64,000 bases of DNA, taken from assembly GCA_050084985.1 (NCBI GenBank), contig JBITNC010000001.1:169694001-169758000 (forward strand), read 5' to 3'. This document shows, in pieces, positions 1 to 11,001 of the stretch. Position 1 is the stretch's first letter, and each line of letters starts with the position of its first letter. The notes beneath the pieces are model-generated. The model worked only from the letters and a program-made list of their open reading frames with translations. It was not told the DNA's origin and did no database searches. Position numbers and translations under genes: made by a program. Source of the DNA: Nageia nagi (taxonomy: Eukaryota; Plantae; Pinophyta).

Positions 1-259
1 CAAAAAAATATTAATACAATTTTTTTGTTGTATTATATCTATGCAAGTTCTTTGAAGTGGAGAATCTCATGTATAAAAATCCTGAAATTAAGATGTCAGC
101 CATATATTTGAATGGCCACCATCTTCAATGTTTTCAGTTTTCCAACACTGAGGATTTGTAATGAGCTGATGAAATGTAAGTGGCCAATCTCGATCAACAA
201 ACACTTCCAATCCCCACCTCTTATATACGAAATGTCGTCAGCATATAAAACCTGTGCAG

Positions 260-395
260 GTTTCTCGCCAGAAAAAATGTTTTGTCAGCAAGGAGATCAA
301 CTCTGTAGAAAGTGTTTGGAGGAAGAAACAAATGTGCAGCTACATGATTATGATTATTCTGAGAGATGGGAATTCCTCAAGTCGCTGCCTCACAA
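260..395 (+). CDS. Probable coding exon (GFSPEKMFCQQGDQLCRKCLEEETNVQLHDYDYSERWEFLKSLPHK); either an internal exon of the DUF1853 gene or the last exon (to 402) of another gene
   Basis: TGCAG| acceptor at 255-259 (phase 1), protein-like composition in ORF 112..402, candidate donor AA|GTACTG at 396; in-frame TGA at 400-402 if unspliced. Confidence 0.55.
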
Positions 396-599
396 GTACT
401 GAATCTTATCCTTTCCTCAACATAATTTTCTATGCTGTTATCAAAAATCGTTTGTCTCTTGTTAAAAATGTTGTTTTTCCCCTCATATATGAGTTGATTT
501 GAAATGCTGTTGGATTTTTGTTAACTTAACTCCAAATTGTCCAGACCCATATTTCCAAATCATTCCCCTAGTCAAGGCTTGAATTTTCGTCACTATCAC

Positions 600-830
600 A
601 TAAGGCTTTTTAGTTTCTGTACCTTGTCTAATTGGGTAGATGGGCCCTCCTTAATCCTTAGCTGTTTAGTGCCATGATGACCATTTCGAGAATTGATGTT
701 TTTTGCGGTTGAGGATAATGTGGTCAAAGCCGGATTTCTGGTTGCAAGGCATGGATCAGCTATGACTTGAACCCGATATCTTACCTTGGTAGTGCTAGGC
801 AGTCTACTACTGAGCCACTGGCCCATTGCA
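600..830 (-). mobile_element. tRNA-derived SINE-like element (3' boundary uncertain)
   Basis: Minus-strand Pol III A box TGGCTCAGTAG (817-807) and B box GGGTTCAAGTC (774-764), 32 nt apart; no full tRNA cloverleaf. Confidence 0.55.
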
Positions 831-3000
831 GATTGAGTCTTTTGAGTGTGGATTGAACCTCCAACATTTCTGGGTGATTTTTAGTTCAGTTTGACTAGAT
901 GAAGATCATAATACACTGAGAATTATTTATATGAGAGTTCTAGGTCTCGTGGGCACTAATCCTGCGTTGGTTACTTTAGAAGATACATAGGCCTCACAGT
1001 TATTAGACGCTATATGGAGTAAAACTAATATAGAGTGTGAAATTAGAGTTCAATTGACAGAATTCATCACAGATCTAGGTTGCAGAGCATGGGTGCAACA
1101 GCAAAATCACAAGACATCATAGGGTTGATATTTTTTGCCACTACTCTCTGATGCTTCTAATTACAGCCTTGTGAGACATTTGAAACCCGTTTAGAATTTT
1201 TCTTCAGATACTACAGAATGTTTGATACATGCTATATAGCTTCTCCATGTCTTCCTGCAATTTGATGGGTCCTGGATAACTTTATTGTATCTATTTCACC
1301 AGAGTCAGTCAGGCCTATTCATGGTTGGAGTTTGTAGCCCGCTTTTGGAAATTGAATCTAGGTTGTTTCTGCAATAAGCATGCAACTTGCTATTGGACCA
1401 CTATCAGCACCCCAACTTGTCATAATACAAGGAACACACTTATAAAGAGGATTTTACCTTCTTTATCCACATAACACATCGCTGGGAAGAACTTGTTATA
1501 GGGCGAGAGTGGGAAGACATGCACACACATCAACTCACACACTTTAAGAGAAAAAAGTGAAAATGATAAAGATTAAGTAATGAAGAAAATTAATACTGGT
1601 GGTCCATGAATACTAATAGTGATTGCAATATCATTCCTACTGTGGCTCATTTTATTGTTTGTGTGTGTAGACTTATACGGGACATTGCCTTTGTCATTGC
1701 AAGCCCAGACCTTTTGTTGGATTCTGATGAGGTGAGATATTGATTTATCCCTTGATAATACTTCTTTTATATTTCCATTGCTCAATTATTGTTATTATGG
1801 AGACAATGCATGCTATTAAGTGTGCCATTTTTACATGTTTGTACTATTTTAAAATTTTAATGTCAAATTTTGTTCTAACAATTCTCAGCATAATTAGTTT
1901 TCTCTAATTTTTACCTTACTGTCTCATCGCCCCCAATACCAACTACAGGGGATTAGGGCAATTGGGTTTGACCTCTTTGCCTCATCATCAGACAACTATT
2001 TTTTTACTGTTTAACATTTAGATTGTTGACCGTGATAAGGAGATGTAAGATTCAATTGCCCACATAGGAGCGCTGAGAGGAGATTCATGGGTTCCTACTT
2101 TGTGCTTTTGCATAGTTTATTTAGGGCCAAGGAACCCACTGTCAAGTAGTACTTCACTTTTTAGGCGCTTGGCTAGGTCTCCTCAACCTATCCCTTCGAG
2201 TTGTGGAAGCATACCAACTTACACTTATATCCCTTCTGGGTACCCTTTGGTTTGCATCCCATGGCCAGCCTGTTGTAAATGTTTTAAAGAAGCAAGAATC
2301 CATATCCAAGTTCCATTATTAGTAGAAAATTAAATACTTATGATCTGAATTTTCCTCATAAAAATGTGTCCAAAATTCCAAATCATAATAATCATTCTAT
2401 AAATAATTAAATTCAAGAAAAGAGTGTATGTAAAATAATAAGTCTAAGAGTCTAACCATAGTCATCTTTGATAGATTTGAATAAAACATTCCATTTTGAT
2501 CATTATAGTCAATCACATTACACCATACATCACGGAGGAAATATGCAAAAAGGAACTTTATTCATGCACAAATATGGTTTACATTCACACCCTGCAAGTC
2601 CTGAGGATGGTGCGAAATTTATACAACTCTTAATCCCTAACTTCTTAACCCTAACCTTTACCACTTAGCTGAGAAGAGATAGAAAGTGAGATACTTTGCC
2701 ATGTTGGGCTCACAACCTGGAATGGCAGTGGTAAATGATGACCTGGGGACAGGATTATTAGATATGATTGTTGCACTGGGCTCCCTGCCATCATCGTGTG
2801 ATCATGCGGATATCAACATTAACACATAAATACTCAGTGGAACTATGTGCAAGTCTCCAACCTCCGTTGTTTGCAGCATATGCCAACATCTAAAATAAAA
2901 GATTATGTTCAGAAATATATACACACATCTCAAGGACATTGTATCCAACATCCTGAAAGAGCATTTACCTGTTTCCAAATGCAAGCCTGATGAATCAATG

Positions 3001-4159
3001 TCATAGTGCAGAATCATACGATGATATAATCCTCATCGTCCTTATTGTGGTAAATCCAAAATACGGTAGGAATACAATCTTATTGTCCAGTTCTTAGATT
3101 ACCTTCTGATGCTTTCGAATCACCTGCTGAAGCACCTGAAGTGCATGTTGCTCTCAAGATTCTGTTGTCTCCTATGATAAAATATAGGCCACTATTTCTA
3201 CAGAATCTTATGAGTTTCTACGTTGTATGGAAGTTGATTATGTGTGGAGGCTTGCACTATGTGGATCCTGATGATTTTCCTCTGTTCTTCCAGTTTCAAG
3301 CGCATACTTTTAAAGCTAATGGTCACCTTCCCTCATATTTTGAGCCACTGTACTCTTAATAGCACATCTGCATGTGCAGACTGTAGGAAAAACGTTGGGC
3401 AAAAGATCACATATTCTCCAAAGGACTATTTTAGACTGTAACACTTCCCCTCACAACAAATAGGATCTCCATTTACGGTTCTAGAAGCAGGATAGACAAA
3501 ATCAATTGAGGCTCTTGGCTACATTCTTGCAAACGAAATTGCCAGTCTTGCCAAAATCCTTTGAATGCTGTTCACAACTTTGAGGGTTTGATGAATAGTA
3601 ATACTTTACAGAGTATGAAAGATACTGTGTATGTATCCTCTTCTTGTGCTTGAGTTTTTGGTGCTGAAATATCTGATATATCCTTGTCTGAGCTATCGTA
3701 TGCCTCCTACAAATTACTCATGAAGAGCTTATCATATTTGTGTTCTACAGTATCTTCTGTGTTTGCTGGCCCTACCTAGAATCTCTTTTGTCTTCTGCAG
3801 TATTCATTTATTCAGATTCCAGATAACATGCATGCAGAATTCAATTTAGCATTTCCTAATCGTTAGCCATGGGCCTTTTCTGAACAACCTTGTTCAAGAA
3901 ACATGCAGCAAAATAGCAAGCTGTCAGCTAATAAAGGCTTATACATGCTGGTTTTTTGCTTAGCGTAAAAAAAGGATTTGAAAGGGCCTGTACTCTTGTA
4001 CAATGCAAAAGAAGGCTAGCCAAGTATTATTTACCTGGAAACCATCAACAATCTAAAACAAGCTGAAAAGACAGCTACAAAATGTTGCAATCCTTGCTTC
4101 AAACAGCTACAATTCTTGAATCAATCCACCTTCCAATAACTGCTTTCAAAGAGGTCCAT
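3001..4159 (-). pseudogene. Decayed reading frame resembling a myosin-binding/GTD (zein-binding, DUF593) family protein
   Basis: Across stops and frameshifts, in order: hydrophobic N-terminus, SCEQHSK...FVCKN, CTCRC, MRLKLEEQR, then heptad-like EQHALQVLQQVIRKHQKVI*ELDNKI. Confidence 0.4.
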
Positions 4160-4611
4160 TCACCAATCAAAAATTAAAACCATCTGATTATGCCTATAAC
4201 CAAACTGGGAATAAAGTCTGTTTTTCTTTGAAAATGTTTTTGAGATTGAACCTTTCCATTCCCATCCAAGTTAGACTCATTTTCCATAATTATAATTAGA
4301 TCAGAAGGGAAAATATTCAGGGGAATCCATCTCTTATCCTCTTCTCTAAGAGTAACCCAGTTGCCATCCAGCCTTGTTACCTTTGAAAGTATATAATGTC
4401 CAATGGTTTAATTTATAATCTTTTGACATCAGCAGTAGTTGAAATATTCAAATATATGTATTTACTATTTACAAATTCCCTCCGACGGCTACATCCTCTA
4501 ACTGCTGCAAGTTCAGACATTTATTTTTGTTTACTGTATGATTATATTTTCTCAATCAAATCTGATATTTTCTTTTTTAGGCATTTAGTTAAGAATTTAT
4601 TTCCCTTACAG

Positions 4612-4679
4612 TACTTACTGTTGTAAAGCATGGGCGTCCACATTTCTGTGTTGACTTGTATGGACAGACCATCTATTCT
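4612..4679 (+). CDS. Probable internal exon of the DUF1853 gene (xLTVVKHGRPHFCVDLYGQTIYS)
   Basis: Acceptor TTTCCCTTACAG|, donor TCT|GTTAGT, phase 0 end fits the 9645 acceptor in frame. Confidence 0.55.
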
Positions 4680-5039
4680 GTTAGTCTAACATTGAGTCCC
4701 TTACACTCAACCTTCCTCCTCGAGATGTATAAGGACGTTTTTCCATTGTATTGTATCATTGTTTCTGATCATTCTGCAGTAGCAAGAGCAAGAGAAAAAG
4801 CTCTGCATTTTACCATTTTGTTGTGTCTTCTGTTCTTGTGGTGTTTTTGCATTCTGGGTGAAGCTGTGATCAAGAAATCACTTGCATCTATTTGGAGATT
4901 AGATTTGGAGCTATATAAAAGTAATATTTACTTATTAGATGTCATTTTAATGTGGTGGGTATTCGTTAGTTTTGCATTCTGAGCTTTCATTTTGAAGATA
5001 TTCATGATTCTTTCAAGCTGCCCTTTTACGGACCAGTTT

Positions 5040-5335
5040 GCTTTCGGGAGCTATAACTTTTGTTCTACTGAACCTCTAAGTCCGATTTATACATCATTGG
5101 AAAGGTTTTTTCAATACCTTTCCAACGATATATAACACAAACACCTTTGTATCAAAATCGACACTTCAAATCCACGATTTGCAGCCCTGCACTTACCAGC
5201 CATATTCTTTTCTCAGTCTGTGACCAGTTCACTTCCGGAAAATATTGCCCTATCAAATCAGCTTCAATCACTCCGTTGTTTATACCAATGGATAGCCCTT
5301 TTCATGTCCTTTCTAATGGTATATAACACAACACC
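5040..5335. repeat. Two degenerate copies of a palindromic TE-type motif (CATTGGAAAGG...CCTTTCCAACGATATATAACAC)
   Basis: Copies near 5090-5140 and 5280-5330, each with an internal inverted repeat. Confidence 0.5.
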
Positions 5336-5460
5336 CTTTTCTTCTATATGGAAGCTTTTTTTGAGCCCTATTTTTCAGTTTGTTTACAACTCTGGGGGCA
5401 AGGGAAAACTTCATGCACTTTGCAACTCCACGACCCTAGACGAAGTCCTGTTGGCTGGGA

Positions 5461-5859
5461 CATAGTAGCAAAACTCGTCGAAACTCGCAGGTCCTGAGGC
5501 TGAGTCTGTTGGGAGGAATACCAACAGCTCGGACTCGTGAGTTTGGTGAGTTTGGACCATTTTGTATTGTGAACTTTGAAGTTTTAACATTTTGATGAAT
5601 GTAAACATATGCCCTTTCCTATTTGCCTTTTCTTATTTGTAATTGTGTATATTTTAAATTGTATAATGTTGATGTTGAGTAAGTAGGCTTTTAGAAGTCA
5701 CTAATCACAATAATAAGTAATATGCAATTGAAAAAACTTAATTTTTCAGTGAAAATATACATTGTTTTTTTGTTTTGCCGAGTTTTTGCCAACTTTGACC
5801 AATTTTTTCTTCAAGTCCCGAGTCTCGAGTCCAAGCCAAGTCTGAGATTTACTACTGTG
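5461..5859. mobile_element. hAT-like MITE
   Basis: Imperfect TIRs: CATAGTAGCAAAACTC at left, reverse complement CACAGTAGTAAATCTC at right; subterminal ACTCG/CGAGT repeats; 8-bp flanks match only 5/8. Confidence 0.65.
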
Positions 5860-5999
5860 CTCTGGGGAAGCCTGTAGGTTCATCCTCTCACATAACTTAT
5901 TTCATATTCTTCAAAGGAATCTATCATCTATGGAGTGTCCTAAAGTATGCTAGTTACCTTCCAACTTAAATTAGCTTTGTCTTTTTAGGGAGTTAATTA

Positions 6000-7880
6000 T
6001 ATTCAGAGAGTCTCCATCTACCAACAATTTCTTTACTTTGATATCCTTCGCTAATTTAACACTAGCATAAACAGCTCTTGCTTCAGCTTAATAGCTGATC
6101 ATTTCTTTAGAAAATTCTGTGAAAGCACCAACCATAACTCCCATATTATTTCTAATGATCCTTTTCTCTCCAGGAGTCCAGCCTTTCCAAGATTTCCACT
6201 AGAATCCCCATCAAAGTTTAGTTTAAGTCAATCTGAGTGGATGCTACTGAACATTATTTCTTTTTGAACTCTTAGAAGAAACATATGCTTGAATTGGTTT
6301 CAGTGTCCATCTAGCAGCTAGATAAGCTTCCTCATTATTTTCAATCTAATCTTCCAACTTGATGATGGATAAGTTATCCAAAATCACTTCTTTAATGGAA
6401 TGATTATTTCTCAGAACAGATTTTTTTTTTCTCTTTAAAAATCCTCCTGTTTTTTTCCAATCAAATACTCCAAGCATAATGAAATGGAATGATGTCCCAT
6501 ATTGCATTTAGTCTTCTACTTTTGAAAAAGTTTTTCCTATTGCTTCAAACCCAACATATTATTTGGGAAAATCCAATCAATTCCTATTTCAAAAATGATA
6601 TTAGTAGAAAGAGATGATAAATGGATTCTTCACTGGATTCACAAAGAATACATCTATTAACTAGCTAAAAACCTTCTTTCATCAGATTGTCCAGGGTCAG
6701 AATTTTATTTTGAGAAGCCAGCCAAAGGAACATAGTAATTTTAGAGGTGGCTTTCTTATTCATAATCTTGTTCCAAGGAAATCCTCCTTCTGGTTCATCC
6801 CAAAGAGTATCATAAGTTGATTTAACTGTAAAAAATCCATTTGCATTAGGTCTCCAAGAAGAGAGTCATTTTCCAAAGATGGCTCAAGAAATAAGATATT
6901 AGTTTGAGGTTGAGCAACCTACAAGCCTCTTCCTTTAGGGGGTTGCTACATTTCAAATTTTCCATCCTACGCTTGATTCCTTTGTTTCAATGAAATCTTG
7001 AACTGTACACCCATATTGCATTTCCACCTACTTTCTGATTGTTGAGAGTCTGTTGTCTTTACACAAAGGATAACTGCCCAGCCATGTATCTTCCCAAAAA
7101 TGAACTTTACTCCCCCTTTCAACTTTTTGTCTAATACCTTTCTTAAGAACTCCTCTACTGTTTATGATGTGATTCCATAAAGAAGAGCTCCTACAAGTAT
7201 CTTGAACAGCAACAAGCCTCTCTAGATCATTGCTGTCAAAGTATTTATCTTTTAAGATTCTATCCGTCATTGAATCTCCCTTTTTATAATCCTCCATCCT
7301 ATCTTTCCAGCCAAAACTTTGTTTAAAGTTCTTATCTTTTTTAAACCCAAACCTCCACATGGTTTTGGTGTACAAATTTTTTCCCAGTCAACAAGTGGGA
7401 TTCTACTTTTCTCTTCTAGTCCAGACAATATGAATATTTTTGATACTTTCTATTTTACCAGCATCAGCAATATTTACAAGGATTTTAAACACTGAAAGCA
7501 TGCAAGTATGAATAGATTGGAGGGTACTTTTAAGCAATCGAAAGTACCTGCTTGAGTCAAAAGAGTGCCTTTCTAGCCAAACAGTTTTCGCTTAAGTCCG
7601 TTCAATAAATAATCCCAAATATTGTTCTCACAGGAACCTATAAGCAGAGGCATTCCAAGGTAAACTGTAGGGGGAGAGCTAATATTGCAGGCTAAAATAC
7701 CTGCAATTTTTCTTTTTCTATTCTCGGGTATTAAAAAAAAGAATACTTTACTTTTCTCCAAGTTTATCATTTGATGGAAAGCCAACTTGTATAATTTAGG
7801 AATTATATTGAAACCTCTTGCTTCCTTACAGAAGATTTCCCTATTACCCACAAATCGCTGATGGGCAATGGATTATACAT
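6000..7880 (-). mobile_element. 5'-truncated, decayed L1 LINE (RT C-terminus, zf-RVT region, RNase H-like domain)
   Basis: ORF 7573..7851 INLEKSKVFF...YLGMPL; ORF 7028..7375 VHFWEDTW; LKLNFDG..SGNLGKAG near 6185-6230. Confidence 0.85.
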
Positions 7881-9644
7881 GTTGCTACCTAGGACAATCT
7901 TCAGTATTAATTATCAAATAACATAGTTGAATATCTTGAACTATATGCTCCAACATTTTTGGAATATGAAACAAGAGTTTCTCTTTTACCTTTAAGGCAA
8001 TGACATCTCAGTGGGTCATCCACTTTGGTATAGCAGGAACCTGGGGACGATTTCCTCCTGATAAGGGAGAAAATGATGAACTAGTTAAAGTTAATTCTAC
8101 ATCATTTGCGGTCATCTCATGTTGTGAACATCAGTCTTCAGTATTTTAAGAGTTTTTGTGTCTAGTGTCCATTGTGATTTTGCTCCCAAGTGAAATGAAT
8201 TTTAGACTTTAGAGTTTGTCTTTCTTTAGCAATTAAGATTAGCAACTGCTACACTATGTTTCAAATTCTCTAGCTATGGCAATTTCTGTAAAGAGGTTTT
8301 GCTTATCTTGTGGATGCATATTCCTTCCATGGTTTTAGGCATAGATTTGTTTTCTAAGAATGTTTTCTTTTTTGGTAATTGGTAAAAAAAAGGGTTTTTT
8401 AGACAGTATCCCAAAACCTATATTAAAAAATATGAATCTTAACATCCATATTATCTATTGCAAAATGGTTCCATTACATTTGGTAGCCATTACATAGAAT
8501 ATTCTAACACAGATTTTATCCTTGCAAAATTCCTATATCTATCCTGCTCTAGTTGTCTTGGTTCTTTTTCTTAATTTCTTCCCTTTCAGATAGATCATTT
8601 GCAGTGGTCTGACATTGTAGACGATCTGTTCATTTGCTGCGTTAGTCCTTGGTAGCCCACCTCCTTCTGTATTTGTTTCCCCTGCAACTGATGCGTTTGG
8701 TAGCCCGGCATATGGGAGTGTGGCATGTCATTTCAAATGCTCTGGTACCCATGCCTCGAAACTCTTCAATTCGTGTCACCGGTAACCAATTTTGTGTGAC
8801 TTTTCTCATCCCCTCCTTTTTCACGTGAACAACTGTCTTGTCTGAAACAAGACTTCACCCTCATTTCCGCCAATTTAAGAATGTTTCCAGACGATAGGAA
8901 TTTCATATATATATATTTTGTTACCTTGATTCAACTGTATGGACAATGAACAATTTATCTTGTTTAGAAAGACAATCTTTTGAACCAATTAAAGAAAGTT
9001 GAGTTATCAACCTTGGAGACCAGTATTTAGACGGATTAGGCTGGAATTCATCATCCATGATCTTGTGAAGCCAAAGAAGGGTTTATCTGCACTTCATTTC
9101 TAGTCTTCCTAAATTGGCTCTTGAACCTTTTGTAATGCTTTAAATTGAGAGGATGTTACAATGTTCTAGAAAGATGGACATGTTTTACCACTCTTTGGTT
9201 TAGCAAGGCATACTTTATTTTCTCCCAAGGATCTTTCCTTCCGGAGGAAGCTTTTCTAGGCAATACCTTTTCTGCTTAATTCAGATGCAGCCCTTGCTGT
9301 AGTAATTGTCTCAACAATGGAATCACAAGACTAGTCTTCTATGCATGCAGTATATGAATTGTTTTGGTATATACCTCTTTCTCTATTTGCTTATACTATC
9401 TGAAGCAAACATGGACCAAACCTGTTAATTTATGGATGATGCTCCTTTACTTCATGCAATCATATCATTTATTTTTGTGATGAGAAACTACTACTTTTAT
9501 GATGGAAAAATGTTACATCTAGTGTTATTCTTGATCCTTAGACTGTTGATTGCCATCTTATTAGTAAATATGTCACTGAATGTGGAATATTTATTTTTTG
9601 ATTCCATGAACCTTTACAAACTTATACAATCTCTCTATTTAAAG

Positions 9645-9777
9645 CTTCCAACAGTGACTGCTGACATGCTGGGTGGAGATGCATGGAAGTGGAATGAGTC
9701 TAAAAATTGGTTGAAGGAGTTAGAGATGCAGCATGTAAATGATTGGTTTGGAGCTCGGAAATGCAGAACAAGATTGG
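9645..9777 (+). CDS. Penultimate coding exon of DUF1853-family gene (LPTVTADMLGGDAWKWNESKNWLKELEMQHVNDWFGARKCRTRL-G)
   Basis: Acceptor AAG| at 9644 (alternative CAG| at 9654); donor G|GTATGT at 9778; phase 1 join to 11002 recreates RLG. Confidence 0.8.
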
Positions 9778-11001
9778 GTATGTTAGTATAGGTTCACTGC
9801 TTTCAAATTGAAAACAAACACTGATAGAGACAAAAATATATGTTAATTTGTTTCATTACAAACATTGAATTTTCCTGTGAAGAATATAAAGAGCAAATTA
9901 ATAATATTTTCACTATTAAAAGACATTTATCTTTGAACATGTAAAGTGCCAAAAATGTCTTCATATTCTTTGTGCCAAGTGTTACCAGATCAACTTTCAA
10001 CCTGAAACATAAAACAAGAAGGAATCCACTATCATAGTAGAACTAGCATGGTTCGAGCAATCCCTAAATCAAACTTAAGAAGGATACTACCTTTTAGCTG
10101 CATTGCACACTAGAACAATCCATCATGGAAGAGATTATGGCCATCACAAACCTCCCAAGGAGAACCTACTATGGTTCTAGTGCCATTTTTGTTCTTTGGT
10201 ATCAATATCCTCCAAAGGCTCACTTATGGATCCACCCTTATACCATAATCCCATGGATGCAAGAGGATTGTTCTTAACACCTTGAAGCCTAAATAATAAT
10301 TGGTGACAATAGTAGATCATATTTGGATTCCATCCCCCAATGGGCATTGGGCTTATCCCTACTGCCTCCAATTGGAATTTCACCACTATCCATACACCTT
10401 TCCTTTATATCTTCTTTGCACATTTCAGAATTTAACATATGTGAACACTGAAAATAATGTTTTAAGGGCATGCCATGGATTTATTTAAGCACAATAACCA
10501 TTCCATCCCATGGGTACTGAGTCTATAAGTAAAGCTATATGCAATCCAACTGAATTGATTATGCTCTTGCTGATGACACTTTAGGCTAATACTAGGACAC
10601 ACCAACTAGAGGGCACTCCCTTATGTGACTAACACAAGGCATTCCATCTTGTGACTATGACACTTTTGATTAGTCTCTCCCTTTCCCAAGTACATTCCAA
10701 CCTAGGATGTACAAGCAATAACACCACATAATAAAATGTGTTTAATATTTGAAAGAATATATAATTAATAATTTCATATTAGAAGAATGTTATATCTATA
10801 TATATGAGGAGAACAATACAAGAAATCATGCTTATAGATATAATATTTTTGTGAAGTAGTTGGTTGCAGAGCAAAGTTGAGCGAAAATTTCTACCCTTCC
10901 AAGTACAATTGCAACAACCAGGATATTATATCTGTCATTTTCTTCTAAGTGTAACTACCATTTTATATTATCCAGTTAATTGATTCCCGTCTGATTCCCA
11001 G

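Noticed and set aside
750-830. Functional tRNA gene
   Set aside because: A and B boxes are present but no convincing acceptor or anticodon stems; treated as a SINE head
2840-3385. Minus-strand mini-exons giving a Cys-rich, metallothionein-like peptide
   Set aside because: The spliced product stops early and Cys spacing does not fit plant metallothionein types; better explained as part of the decayed ORF
8691-8781. Transit-peptide-like first exon (MRLVARHMGVW...)
   Set aside because: Composition only; it would omit the N-terminal part expected for DUF1853 and competes with the better-defined 4612-4679 exon
10030-10740. Possible repeat or TE fragment in the last intron
   Set aside because: No terminal repeats, TSD or recognisable protein motif found
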